DNA of 62,337 bases, filler included, from Globobulimina sp. (lineage: Eukaryota): assembly GCA_003354225.1 (NCBI GenBank). It is 29 parts of 29 records of this genome, joined end to end, with 100 filler letters (N's around TTAATTAATTAA, not from the genome) between each part and the next. Parts side by side here need not be neighbours in the genome. Positions count along the whole stretch, not along the records: positions 36,621 to 38,673 come from PIVH01009412.1; positions 38,774 to 40,826 come from PIVH01009413.1; positions 40,927 to 42,978 come from PIVH01009414.1; positions 43,079 to 45,130 come from PIVH01009415.1; positions 45,231 to 47,282 come from PIVH01009416.1; positions 47,383 to 49,434 come from PIVH01009417.1; positions 49,535 to 51,585 come from PIVH01009418.1; 22 more parts are not named here. One strand, given 5' to 3'. The notes below the pieces were generated by a model, which saw nothing but the letters and a program-made list of their open reading frames with translations, had not been told where the DNA came from and ran no database searches. Made by a program: the position numbers and the translations under genes. Of the stretch, positions 37,156 through 50,750 are shown piece by piece (the first letter of the stretch is position 1; each line of letters opens with the position of its first letter).

Positions 37156-38358
37156 TTATTTATCTTCATCCTCAGCTTCAACAAGTTTGGAAAGATCGGC
37201 TTTTAAGCTTCCTACAAACCATTGGGCCTCGTCCCGATGTCTCGGAGTTGGAGTTATTACAATATCCTTTTGATCCACTTCCATTTCCGCCTTTTATCAA
37301 ATCTTATTTCAATTCACATCGCAAAACAAACATAAACAACATACAAAAACGTCCAAAAGGCCCGCAAATTGACGAAAATCTAAATACAGTACAATGTCAA
37401 TCACATATATATATATTTCATATAAAACGCATAACAAAACATACCAATAATTGTTTCATTCGCAGCCAAAGTTCTAAACGTTCCCATTCTGTCAAACCTC
37501 GTTGAATATCGCCTCGGTAACAAAGACTCAAATTCCTTAAAATCGTCAATATTCATTCCTAAATACACAATGTGTACAAAACACAAAATACAACAAAATC
37601 TCCAACATAATACCTAATGTGCTTCGTTTTGAATGTTTCCGTTCAAAGCGAGAGTAAACTGCTTCGAGCATAGTACGCTCACTGTCCAAGAACTGCTCCC
37701 TCCAATTTTTCCGCAATGCAACAGTTTTTCCATGAATTTCTGCCATTCCCTCCACTGATTTCTCTCCAGCAATTTTCATATTTCGTTCAATCGCTTCAAA
37801 CTTTAACAGGTTATCCTTGTTCTTATTGTTTGCAATCACCAATCGACGACGTGTTTTTTTCAACATTGCGTGTGCTGCGACGACCCGATTTACTTCGGCT
37901 TTAAGCAATATATTTTCGCGCCGGAATTTGAGATTTAATTGTTTGTATTTATCAACTTCTTTTTTTAAGTTCATTGACAGCTTAAATTTAAACAAAGCGT
38001 AGCTGCACAGTGTTAAACCAACAATGCCGCACACTATGAATGAAGAGTCGTTATCCATAAACCAACAGATTGCAAACAAGAATGAGGAGATAAAGCAGCA
38101 AAGGAAGTATATTGCGGGTAAGTGGCCAATTGGTTTGGTGCAATACCATTTGCACAAATCGTCGCAAGATTTAATGTCTTTTATTTTGCGCTTTTTTTGT
38201 AATTGGGTCTTGGATCGGCCTTCTTCTATTCGCTCAATTTGAGCGGACATAGATGTCTTCATAGGGTGGTGGCCGAGTGCTGGCGACAAAGCACCATCGC
38301 TGTCATCGTCTGAATAGACCACCACTGTGGCGTTGCCAATGCCTAACGTGTACGCCAT
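37156..38358 (-). CDS. Two-TM, coiled-coil protein with degenerate EF-hand-like C-terminus
   Basis: Two TM helices and a coiled coil. Three short GT-AG introns join G-MNIDDFKEFE, II-DFRQF and F-AEMEVD, ending EDEDK*. Confidence 0.7.
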
Positions 38359-38406
38359 TGGTTTGATGAAGGTTTTTTACTGTTTATGCTTTGAGTTTTA
38401 CTAACA

Positions 38407-38673
38407 ATGTCGCAGATTTATACTAAAGTCTCAGATACCGATGATATTGAATGCCAACAGAGCTACAAAAAAAGAAGGCCAAAACTATTGATATCATTGA
38501 TGGTCGACCCGTGGTTCATATTATTTGCATTATGTTTGCTGTCATCAATACTTTTCACACTATTTTGGTTTTACGACAACAATATCGATTTTCATATTTG
38601 TAGCGCAGTGAGTATAATTATGTTTATGTTGGCTTTATATAAATTTTGTGCTTTATTCAGTGGTAAAAAAACA
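38407..38673 (+). CDS. Divergent paralog of the adjacent two-TM protein (3' truncated)
   Basis: LCLLSSILFTLFWFYDNN..F.IC......ALYKF aligns with LCCFISSFLFAICWFMDND..F.VC......ALFKF. Confidence 0.65.
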
Positions 38674-38773
38674 NNNNNNNNNNNNNNNNNNNNNNNNNNN
38701 NNNNNNNNNNNNNNNNNTTAATTAATTAANNNNNNNNNNNNNNNNNNNNNNNNNNNNNNNNNNNNNNNNNNNN

Positions 38774-40826
38774 ATTAACTCTCATAAGGCACAGATTGAA
38801 TCGCTTCGGGTCTCTATATCTGAGACGCAAACGCGCGAAAATAAGTTAATCAAAGAATTGCATGCTATGAAATTGCAAGCGCAGAAATATAAAATCGAAG
38901 CGCAGCAAGCTCAGAAACAAAGCATTGATTTGAAGCAATTGAATAACAAATTGAGTCAACAAATCGCCTATATCTCCAACAGCAACAACGCGCAAAATAA
39001 TAAGCAATATCAACAATTCACGCAATTGACGAATAAGTTAGAAGTCGCTTGCAAGAATGCGGAACGATTAAAGTTGACCAATTCCGACATGCATTCGCAA
39101 ATTGAATATCTAAAAAAAGCCTATCAAGAGTTACACACTGAACTGGATAGAAAAGAGACGCAATTCTCGGGCATGACGCAGCAATATGACAACTTAGTGG
39201 TGAATGTCAAGAGTAAAGGCAATATGGATAATAAATATGAGTTATTGCGCGAGGAATACAACAAACAGCAGGATAAGTTGACGGTTATCAGTAAGAAGTA
39301 TGAAATACTAAAGCAGCATTGGGAGGGCTTGAACCAAGACCGATCGAATGCTATTCAACAATTAAAATCAGAGACGAAGCGCGTGAATGAACTGAATCAG
39401 CAGCGGAGTAAGTTGGAGCAGGAAAATGCGCGGACCAAACACGAGCTGAATAAAAAGGAGATTGAGTTGGAGAATGTGGATGAGGAGAAACTGAAATGGA
39501 AGGCTCGGACCGATTCGTTGACCCAGGCTCAAAGGTTTTGCTCTGTTACTTGTGTGAATATGATAATATGTATTGTCTGTACAGGAAAGTGAACGATGCA
39601 GTGATTATGAATGAGGTTAAAATACAAGAAGAGTTTCGGTCGCTGAAGATTGAAAATTGTAATCTGAAGCAGGAAGCGGAGAAACAAATGTATGATTTGG
39701 AGGATTTTCAAAATAAGAATACGCAAATTACGCAAGAGTTGACTGAATGGAAAATCAAATATGATGATTTGAACAATAAATATGAATTTGAATCGGGTCA
39801 ACATGACAATACCTTGAAGAAGTTGAATGATATCCGGGCTGTATGGGACGGAGAGACTAATTTAAGTCAATTGTTGCAGATGAAACAGCAAAATATTCAG
39901 GAATTGACCTCCAAATTGACCGAGTTGCAGAGCGATAACGACAAAATGCGAAAGGTAATGGAGGAGCAAACCAATGTGCATTCATCGTTAAAGACGAGGA
40001 TCAATGTACAAAGAAATATTATTACTGAACATCAACAGCAACATACACATAATGAGAATGGCAATGTGATCAATATCTCAATGGACGAATATCAGCATTT
40101 CCAACAGCAGTTGAATATGTTGACAGAGCTGCAAAATAAATATGAATTGGCCCAACAGGAAATTATTGCATTACAACATGAGTTGTCGAAATGGCAGGAC
40201 ATTAAACAAGATTTAAATACATCAGAGATAATACCAATGGATCTTAACACTGCCAATAACGAGACCATTCACGTCCAAATGGAACAGTTAGTGGCGTATT
40301 TACACAAAAAAGAGCAATCTCTGTATGATTTACAAGACGAATATCAAAGCATACAAGCGGAGAATAACGCATTGGTGAATAACATACAAAAGTTAGAACA
40401 AATTAAAATAACATCGAGCAATTCCGTCAGAAATATGGAGAATAAATTAAAAATGAACGAGCAGTCATTGTTGGAGCAACAGACCATGACCCAAGAGATG
40501 GAAGGACAGAGAGATGCGTTGGCGAAACGATTAAGGGCTTTAAATGCAGATAATGCCAAATTAAAAGTGGAATTATATTCGTTATCTGCGGCAGCGGAAT
40601 TGGTGCATGAACAGTTGAAAACATCTGCGGTCGCATTGTCGTCGACTACGGAGAAAAAACAGAAAGCAATGCAGGAATTAAAGAATTACAAACAGGAAAA
40701 TTGTAATTTACAAAATTATAACAACAAATTACTGAATGAATTTAATATGCTAAAATTTACACATCAATCGTTAAAAGAAGCGCATCAGGCAAATAATGTC
40801 AATATTTATGATGATCAATTATATCA
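38774..40826 (+). CDS. Long coiled-coil protein (internal fragment)
   Basis: Continuous heptad Q/E/K/L-rich frame. Intron 39535-39584 joins the two ORFs. Confidence 0.8.
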
Positions 40827-40926
40827 NNNNNNNNNNNNNNNNNNNNNNNNNNNNNNNNNNNNNNNNNNNNTTAATTAATTAANNNNNNNNNNNNNNNNNN
40901 NNNNNNNNNNNNNNNNNNNNNNNNNN

Positions 40927-42753
40927 TCATCGCGCTCAGCAATATTATTATTACCCATCTCATCATTATAATCATCGCCCATATTATTCTCAATTTGCTG
41001 CTGTTGCACGCTTACCAATGCATTGTATATCTTACCTCCCACTGATTTATTAACACTGTTAAATGATTCAATTATATCCTTCGCGCAGTTACATGCAGCA
41101 AAATCATCACCGGTCGCCTCCGCATCTGCAATCTCTGATATTATCCGCTTCTTTCTGTATCTCGGCACGGTCTCCAAACTATTTATCCACGCTTGCAACT
41201 CTCCGCAGCTCCAATTCGAAATCATTTTATTTTGCCAGGATGTTACCTCATTATTCTGCACGGAGTCATCATCATTTTCGCTCAATGCTTCATGCACAGC
41301 TTCAACAATATTATCATTGTTTTGTTGCCTGAAACCATTATTATTATCTTCCTCCTGTTACATTTAAGTTATTTGCATTGAATGCTATAATTAAGACATT
41401 TTATGTCAACATAATCACATACAGTACATTGCAATTGTTGCTGTTGGCCAATCATTTCGTATTCATCTTCGATAGTCGATACCAATGGATTTTGAACAGA
41501 CACATATTCCTCGTCAATTGCTGGCATTATTGCAGTTGTTGCCTGTTTTTGTTTTGCTGGATTAAATAATTGCATCTTAGTGCCCAACCACGTAAACATA
41601 TGACTTGCTTTGTTCTTATAACTGGAAAAAGACGCTTTGGGCAAATCAATAATGTCCATATTTCCATCGATAATATCTTTTCCTGTTTTGCCTGTTTTAA
41701 CAATGATAGATAACAATTCCGATTCATATTTCTTATCATTGATCTCTAGCGTTTTTACATATGATTGGAGCTCTATGTATCAATGCAGCAAAATGAAAAT
41801 ATATACTGCAGCGTGGCAAATTACTGCAACACAAAATTATTTTCACAGTTCATACCTAAACATGTCCATTCATTCATAGCTTTAGTTTTCCACGCTTCAT
41901 CATCCAATTTGAGATCATCATCGTCTGTGTTGATGTGGTTTGGTTGAATGTATATTTTATACGGCAATTCAGCATTGATTTGTAATGAAATAACATCATT
42001 ATTAGGTATCATAGCATTAATTTTATACGATGTTTGTTTTAAAGATAAGCCATTGTTATTAACATAGCATTTATATATTGCATTGATGAAGGGGCTGATG
42101 TCAGTATTGTGGTTTAATAAAATGGAATGAATGAAGAAATCGTCGAATGCTGTGGCGTTTTTGTTTTGTGTGACTGTTTTTTCATCATCGGATGTGTGTT
42201 GGTTATGTTTTTTATTATAATAATTAAGATATAATATCTTAGGTTTATTGGATAAATAATCGCAGGATTTGCACGTGAATTTGTCTGTGATTTGTTTTAA
42301 AGATAATGTCTCGCCATCATTGCAGAGCAAATAATTATTGGATAAGTCGAAGTATCCATAACCAGAATATACGATAATTAATGAATCGACTTGTTTGTTT
42401 AATTGGATTAATGCTGATCTGTCGTTTAGATAAGAATTTAATGCGTCGCTGTCAACCAATTCTGCAGTTGAGACGTTTTTGTAACCATACTTTTTAGAAA
42501 ATAATTGATGCATTTTAGCAATGTTGTTTGAGGATGGAGTTGACTCATCATCAGCTGACGCAAGCAAAACAACATATGGATTTTGGATTAATTTAGTACT
42601 TTGTTCCGAAAGCATTATCTCGTTTGATGTTTTTGAGGTACGTACACTGAAAAACAAAGTTAGATTAAAAAGATAAATCTCGCTCGATATCGCGATGCTG
42701 AAATATTTATAGATAAAAATCAATGTTTGTTGTTTATTGGTTTGTGCCCGCAA
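40927..42753 (-). CDS. Caspase-like (C14 fold) protein lacking the catalytic dyad, followed by two SAM-like repeats; multi-exon
   Basis: DSLIIVYSGYG (for SGHG) and KPKILYLNYY (for KPKI..IxAC). Downstream WT..ELQSYV and WSCGELQAWI repeats. Confidence 0.6.
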
Positions 42754-43078
42754 CGCTCAGAGGTACTGCAATACTGAGGTCACGTTTATGCGATCATTCA
42801 AAGTCTGCTGGCAAGCCGAGCATAAAGGAGCAACACAATGGAAGTCCAAAACTGTTGAAGATCAAATGGCTGCAGAAATCTTCCTAATCAATTGTTTGGG
42901 ACAAATATCCCAAATCTCAGAGATCAGGCTGAGAAGAACTGATACTACACTTGATCTTAGCCAAAAGGCCGAGAAGGTNNNNNNNNNNNNNNNNNNNNNN
43001 NNNNNNNNNNNNNNNNNNNNNNTTAATTAATTAANNNNNNNNNNNNNNNNNNNNNNNNNNNNNNNNNNNNNNNNNNNN

Positions 43079-44623
43079 TTTCGGATCACTTGCCCGGAAC
43101 TATGAAATATCTCGTCATCCAATTGAAAGGTGGCAGAGATTGAATCTATTTCACAGTCGGGACTCACAGTGGCAATAAAATAGCGTACAATGAACTCATA
43201 AATCCGCTTTTCGTTGCCAGACAATCGCGAGGATGGTGCATATTGCACCGGAGTAATGGGGGGATGATCGCCGGCATTATAGCCCTTCCGCGGTTTACTG
43301 AAGCCGGTCGCCAATAAATTGCGACAATACGCGCCCCAGCGATCATCCTTACACTGTACACTTAGCGTATGTTTTATATCAAATCCAGGCGGATATGCCG
43401 TGGTTTCTGTTCGAGGATAACTTACGTATCCTGACAAATATAGTCGCTCTGCAATATGCATGGCATCTTTTGGTCCGATATGAAGCCCTTAAAAAACAAA
43501 AAAAAAACATCATTTTGAGTGTGTAGTACTTGCCTTGAAAAACATTTGAAGTAAGCTCAGCATGTCGACATGTCGCAGGTTCAAAGCTAGCTAGCAAACA
43601 AACACAATTTCGCACATACCTTTGGAGCATGATTGCAAAAATTGCACAGTGTTGAGACCAAGTGGCTTTTTTCGAAGTGTCAATTCCTTTTTAATGGAAA
43701 TGCATTTGATGAGTTTATTATTTTTCTGATAGTTCAATGGGTTGAACCACACTTTGTTAATAATCTCTTCGTTAAACACTTTGCCGCGATGCCACGACAA
43801 TTTGATATGCTGTCTCCACCGCGGTTTGTGACACTCAACATTGATGGTCCAATATTTCTCAGACTTGAACCAGGCGCGTTCGTCATTGCGCCGCACCACA
43901 AATCCAAGCGTCGGTGTCTGGCACGGCCCATATGATATTAATGAGCGCTCATTCAACTGACCATATTTTTTCTTGAAAAAATTGGTTTGAAAGCGTGTAA
44001 ATGCAACACCGATTTTCAAATCCAACACTTTGCGCGCATCCACTGCATCGGACTGGTTTTGGTCCGGTTTGCCCGGTTTGAAAAACGCTTTTTTTAACTC
44101 GCTGGGCGCCAACGAGGAGAACTTCGCGCGGTAAATATTCTGTTATTGGCAGTGTGTGTTTTGTGGCATATTTGATTTTCAAGTGCAAGGATGGTGCATA
44201 TGGTGCGAGTACCTGCCAACGTAATTTCTTATTCACACGTTTGATAATGTCGATGCACTCAAAACAGATGTTTTCGCCTTCCCGGTCGCAGTCTAGCCAT
44301 AGGTACAAATAGTCGCAGTCTGCGTTTCTTTCCAAATGGTTCTTCATTTTACCGCCGCCAGACGGCTTTTCTTTGGTGGGCGCATCGAATAGATCGCGAG
44401 GGTCGGTGTCCTCCCACGACCTGTATTCGTATGGAAAGTCGATGTCCATCACATGTCCAGTGACGCCCATACATTTAAAGTTGCAATGTCGATTAAGGAA
44501 TTTGCCGCTCCATGTGTGGATTGGCGTGGCTGATTTGAACATTCTCTCTCGACCGCCACCCATCGCTTTGGCAATGGCTGCGGCGATTGACGGTTTTTCT
44601 GCGATAATCAAGCAAGTTGCCAT
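43079..44623 (-). CDS. TOP3B: DNA topoisomerase III beta (3' truncated)
   Basis: IAEKPSIA, LWLDCDREGENICFE, ISYGPCQTPTLGF, AERLY.SGY.SYPRTET, AGDHPPITP. Introns 44140-44212 and 43488-43619. Confidence 0.95.
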
Positions 44624-44740
44624 GTTGATTGTGAAGTGGTGAAAGAGTTTTTGTTATTTGTTTAGTGGAATAAACTTATAAAAATATGAGAAAAAATAAA
44701 TACAAGAAAAAAGAGTGCTGTATAAAATAATATATAATGG

Positions 44741-45130
44741 TCACTGTGTGTATATTTTGGTCAGTCCAGAGATATTGAAACCATTTTGAACTTCATCAAT
44801 AATGATTTTATCAATGAACTTATTCAATTTCGTATCATTTATAACTACATTCAAGGACTCATCGACAAAATAACGAAACGTTTTGCCACTTTGTTTTAAT
44901 CGCTGTTTGTATCTATTTGGCCATAAATTAATAAATGAATCGAAATCGATAATATTTATATATCCTTTGGTCCTATATCTACGATTTGCAATCATATTAT
45001 ATATTTTTGTGGATAAAATATTTTTATCTGTTTGACAAATATCCAGCTGTTTACGTTTTATTTTTTTTATCAAATCATTTTTTAATGATTCAAATTTGAC
45101 ACAATTTACCCTTTGGATCGTTTTCAATGG
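44741..45130 (-). CDS. Hypothetical protein C-terminus
   Basis: Open frame from the contig edge to a TGA 117 bp upstream of the TOP3B start. Confidence 0.4.
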   Translation of the reverse strand, partial: PLKTIQRVNCVKFESLKNDLIKKIKRKQLDICQTDKNILSTKIYNMIANRRYRTKGYINIIDFDSFINLWPNRYKQRLKQSGKTFRYFVDESLNVVINDTKLNKFIDKIIIDEVQNGFNISGLTKIYTQ

Positions 45131-45291
45131 NNNNNNNNNNNNNNNNNNNNNNNNNNNNNNNNNNNNNNNNNNNNTTAATTAATTAANNNNNNNNNNNNNN
45201 NNNNNNNNNNNNNNNNNNNNNNNNNNNNNNGTTCCTTGTGCAAGGATAATGCTTAATGATACCATAATAAATGATACACTGACATCAATAT

Positions 45292-47170
45292 TTAATCTTT
45301 TTGTAAATTTTGAAATTTTTCCAATTTTGCATATTGCGGTTTATTTTTGAACCTTGAAAGAGAATACCTTAATAATTTTAACATTTCTTCACAACATTCA
45401 TCAAACACAAACGGTAAACCATTTATACTTCTATTTTTCCCAACATTTCCAATATTTCTACCAATTCCACTCAAACTCCTTAATATCCCTGATGCGGTTT
45501 GAAATTTATCATTCATTTTCCCCCTCAATCTCGCACTTATATTTATTTCATGTTCAGAACCCTCCAAAATATATTTCTCGAATAATTGCTGCGCTTTATG
45601 CCTATCATCCACTTTGGTATTAAATACAATGGATGATTTACTTATATTCATTGCTAATTCCAATGTCGATAAGTCTTCAATAACAACACAGCCGCCAGGC
45701 CCAACAATGGCGCTTGAACTTGCCACCAAACTAACTCTTTCTGCATAAAATTCATGGGTTTTCAACGTATTTCAAACAGAAAAATGTATTAAAAAACATA
45801 ACGTTGATCATGAGACTGAGCATATTGTCGAAACTGAACAAATTCAATCAGCGACAACAGACATTCTTGACTAAATTCCAGAGCCAAATGCTCCATAAAT
45901 GATTCCAAATATTCTTGCTTTTTTAAAATATGAAAGACAGAGATTTCTGTTGCAGAATCTGTTGGATTTAATGCCAAATCACAAGCCATTCCAATCTGAC
46001 CCATTTCAATCTGGTTCTCTTTGTTTTCAATGTTTCGTTTCTTACCGACATTATGATAGGAAAACTTTTTCAATGATTCTCCATATTGTTTGACCAAAGT
46101 TGGATCCGCCTGTAATTTCTTAATAATATATCTGGTCATTACATATATGATGGCAATATGAAAGATAATATACGCATGAAACGCAAAATAAATTGCTAAT
46201 ATCATATAGGTATCATTGCGTTCAATGGCTTTAAGTGTGGGGAATATCTGAACAATAATAAATGCGATGCCTGGTATTATCACTATGAATAATATTGCGG
46301 TGCAAACTAATACTTTAAAATATGCAGTAAATTCTTTCAACACATAAAAATCATCGAAATATTTCACTTTTTTTAGCTTAAAATACATAAATATTGATAA
46401 TAATATCTGCAGCCAAATGTTCCATACTACTGTAAATGCCCAGAATTGCATCATATAACTTTTTGTCATTGAATTTTCCTTCAAAATGTCAAGAATTGCC
46501 CTTGAAAATGATATTAATTAAAAAGGAAATATCACTGTGTTTTTGTATGAAAACAACTTAACAATACACTCGTAATCAAAGTAATAATTATACAGCAAAC
46601 CCATAACGAAATTTTGAGGAATTTTTTATTTCCCAACGTTGCTCTGAATTTAACAAAAAAGCATCGGGTTATATTGTAATTTTGGTCGATTATATGTTTC
46701 CATTCATTGGATTGAATCAAATTTGAATACTGAATGTCGTAATATATTATCCATAATCGTATATTAAACACAGTTGCAAAAAATTGAGAAACAAATTGTA
46801 ATAATATTGTTGCACTGCAGAATAATGCAGAAAACCAAGGTTTCGGTCTATCAAAATTGCTTCCAGCATGCCAGAATAATAAGTGACTGAAACTAAAAAT
46901 AACAATATCTATTGATAATGCATAAATTGCCCATAGAGTAAGGTCAGAGTGTCGTTTTTGTAAAATCAGCGCATGTCTTCCTACGACTAAAGGATAGGCC
47001 AAATACAAAATGATTGGGATATAAACAACTAATGATATTACCAAGAACGCAATTGATACCGCATCAGTATCTTATCAATGATATCTAATATTAATGTTGA
47101 TTGTAATTCAAGATATAACGTACCAATTTTTGTATCAAACTGCTGCACAATTTGATGATTTGACATTCAT
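45292..47170 (-). CDS. Multi-TM (7TM-like) RGS-domain protein
   Basis: N-terminal TM helices, then RGS signatures FMEHL..EFSQECL, LFEKYI..GSEHEINIS, FDEC..E..KLL..SL.RF. Several short introns. Confidence 0.85.
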
Positions 47171-48478
47171 AAATAAGTTTTTGAGTAGTTTTTTTGATCG
47201 AGTAGATTAGTTATGTTGAACGAGAATGAGTGACATAGAAGAACGTGAAAGCTAAGTATTGATGGACCATGCTGGCAACCGCNNNNNNNNNNNNNNNNNN
47301 NNNNNNNNNNNNNNNNNNNNNNNNNNTTAATTAATTAANNNNNNNNNNNNNNNNNNNNNNNNNNNNNNNNNNNNNNNNNNNNTAGGTAAACAAATAACAG
47401 ACGATAAAAAAAAAAGAAAACAAATAATATCAAAACCACATATTTCTTCATCCATTTGGTCCACGCACAATATCGCCCTCAAAATCAATATATCGCCAGA
47501 GATCATACGCACACAAAGTCAGCGATAATTCTGACAATTTTAATTGATATACATTAATCTGTCGGTATGTTTTCACCAGGTTAATAATGGACTTTTTTAA
47601 AATTTTATGTCGTAGTCGTATTTTTTATGTGTGTTGTGTGATTTGTATGATCTAACGAGAATATTTGAGATAGTTTCCATTGGCAATGGACATATTCAGT
47701 CAACTCGTTTTTTGATTTGTATGAAATAAATATAATTTATTTCCAATAATCAGTGCTTCATTCGTGGTCTCTAAATTATGATAAATAATTAAATATCTTA
47801 TCCCAATGAATAGGCTGACTATGACTACGATGTTATGCATATGTATGTGCTGTTGTTGATGTGTCTGTTGTGCTTGTTGTTGATGTTTCTGTGCTTTACA
47901 ATCATAGTACGTACCAATGTAATAACCCTAAATACAACTCATATGAATTAAACATCAAAACAGAACAAACATAATATATATAAATACATACAATCTATGT
48001 CAAATTAATTTGTGTGTTGTACGTGTTCGGACTAAAGAATGGTGCTTGTACTGATAGTTTGTTTTTGGAAAAGTTTTTGTTTACAATTGTTTACGTATTG
48101 TATACGTTTGTTATAGGTTTGTTAGTAGAGACGAATTCAAAAAAGATCCAAAATCCACAAACTTTTTACTTTTAATCTTCTTTACTGTCATCGCATTGTT
48201 CATATTTATCATTATCATTTTGTAATATTCTAAAAACTTTTCTAGTGGTAATTATTATTTTTGCTGCATTGGTTATCGCAGCAATTACACTGCATTTTGT
48301 GTTCGTTTTCATCATTTATTTTATTGACAGTGCTGCAGTTCATACATTTCCATAGTTTTTTTGAGTGGTTCACAGAATTTAATTAATACTAAATTTGAAA
48401 AAATAGTGTAGTCCGATTCATAGAGGAGTTAGTTTCAGAGGCTTTTACTATTAAAATTAAATTTAACGTCGTTTGAAC

Positions 48479-49434
48479 ATGTCAAATGGGGTAATAAAAG
48501 AAGGCTGGTTAAAGAAAAAAAGTTCCGTTAGTCTTTATAATTATAATTATACGATATGGGAATTGAGTGATACAAATAAGGCAAACATATTGGTTCTTGG
48601 CGAAAAAGATGGGTCGTATTGACAAATGATGATTTAACCACATACAAACTGCAACAAGTTCTCATTTAATTATCTATTTAACAGAGCTGCAATAAATGTG
48701 TAATGTAATTTATATTAATTGTAGACATACAGCAATCCAACAGAAACAATTGATTTATGTATGATATATTCGATTGAAAACGCAAACGCGAGTAATCATT
48801 GTTTGATCGTTGATTTGCTCAATGATTCAAAAATTTTCCTTTCTGCTGACACTGAATCTGCAATGAATGTATGGATCGTTGCAATCAGAGAAAGGTATAT
48901 GGCAAAAAGAGAAGACATTAATATGTACAAAGGACGGTATGAATGGATTATTGAAGGCAATAAATTAACACAAATGATTAAAGCAGATAAAGGACAGAGA
49001 TTTAGATCGCAGACATTTAAAATGTGTTCATTAGATTGGTGTATTGAAACATATCCAAATGGTTGGAGCTATGATAATGTTGGTTCATTTAATTTAGGTT
49101 TAAAATTATTATCCTTACCACAACAAGGAAATAAAATGATTATTTGTCAAAGAATTTATTGTAAAGAATTGGATTCAAGTTATACATTTATCGCAGCAGA
49201 TAAAAAAGATGACAGTAAAGGATGGGCAGATTATACATTATCATTAAACGAAGTGAGAAATAACAATATGAAACAAATACGTTTTATAATTGAAATAAGA
49301 ATATTACGAATAATGAATGAATCATGGTTTGGCACTAAAATAATTTATGAGAATGACATATATTTTGATAAAGCATTCAATAAACAATTATTTAATTGGA
49401 TAATTGATGCAAAATTAATTAAAAAAATGAAAAA
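48479..49434 (+). CDS. PH domain + MATH-like domain protein (3' truncated)
   Basis: IKEGWLKK, WRKRWVVL, WIVAI (PH, two introns); YEWII...F.SQTF....WCIETYPNG (MATH-like). Confidence 0.8.
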
Positions 49435-49534
49435 NNNNNNNNNNNNNNNNNNNNNNNNNNNNNNNNNNNNNNNNNNNNTTAATTAATTAANNNNNNNNNN
49501 NNNNNNNNNNNNNNNNNNNNNNNNNNNNNNNNNN

Positions 49535-50287
49535 CCATCCACTAAACGGCAGAGATATGATAAAGACACAGACTCGGATTGCGATGATAATATCTCAGCA
49601 AATACAAAAGAAACACAAATTAAAATAAGGCATGACACATCGGAGGAAGATAATGATTCCGATATTGACATTGCACGCAAACCAAACACAAAACATTCTG
49701 ACAGTGACTCATCGGACATTAAAGTCCATCGAAAACCGATAAAATGCGATGACTATGATAGTGATTCGGACATTGAAGTTACTCGGAAAACAGATGAAAT
49801 AAATACAAATAATGATAAATCCGATGACAAAAACCTTATAAAACGTGAAAAACGGAACAATATTGCAAGCAAAAAGCAAACGGATGAAAGTATGGAATGG
49901 GCCTCTGGTTTGACACAAAAGTATGAAGCTTTTGAGAAAGCAGTATTGGCTCAGCGGGAAAAGTATAAATCAATTGCGAGGTATAAGGATGACGCGGAAA
50001 TGAATCGGGAATTACAGAGTGAATATAATGCGGAAGACCCATTGCATAAAATGGAGGGATATGGCCCCGGCGATAGATATAGGAAAGGAATGCATGGCAT
50101 GGATGTGGTGAGTAACAGACCAATGTATAGAGGCAAATCATGGCCCAATAGATATGACATATTGGCTGGATATCGATGGGATGGACTTGATCGATCCAAT
50201 GGCTTTGAACGGAAAAAGTTGTTGCATGCATCGCAACGGATAGATCATAAAAAGAAGAGGTATCAATGGGCAATTTCGGATATGTAA
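49535..50287 (+). CDS. BUD13: BUD13/CWC26 (RES complex) C-terminal region
   Basis: ARYKDD...DPL...PNRYDI..GYRWDGLDRSNGFE...YQWAISDM*. Confidence 0.9.
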   Translation, partial: PSTKRQRYDKDTDSDCDDNISANTKETQIKIRHDTSEEDNDSDIDIARKPNTKHSDSDSSDIKVHRKPIKCDDYDSDSDIEVTRKTDEINTNNDKSDDKNLIKREKRNNIASKKQTDESMEWASGLTQKYEAFEKAVLAQREKYKSIARYKDDAEMNRELQSEYNAEDPLHKMEGYGPGDRYRKGMHGMDVVSNRPMYRGKSWPNRYDILAGYRWDGLDRSNGFERKKLLHASQRIDHKKKRYQWAISDM

Positions 50288-50750
50288 CACATGAATGTGT
50301 ATGCGTAGGATTTCAAGCAGCACGCAATCTCAATGATACTTGCTATTTTTTTGAAACTGCTAGTATTTGTGTTCTTGTTTTAATTTTGCACGGATTGGTG
50401 CTTATGTAATGATAAGAACATAGTCGTATACACTAATCTGTGCGCACGGAGCAGTGTTGTCAGATAAGTGCTAAAAAAGAGTGCTCAAAACTTAGTTCAA
50501 AACATCAAGTTCTCAAAGCATCGTCCGATCCGATCCGATCATCATGGTTCGTTTTTTTGGTTTCAACCATACATCAACAGTATGAAGTCATCTCCACAGA
50601 GTGTTTGCTTATTATATGCTTACTATGCTAGCTGAACTGAATTCGTTTTTCTTTTAAAAAAACATTAATTATATTTGTATATTACAACAAGTCAATTAAC
50701 AATGTGCAAGGATGTACCGTCTAAGCCATACAGACATGATATAAAATGGA

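Noticed and set aside
47383-48470. RNA gene or hidden CDS in the long AT-rich non-coding stretch
   Set aside because: No tRNA, rRNA or snRNA signature or convincing frame was recognised by eye. A cmscan run would be needed to exclude one fully.
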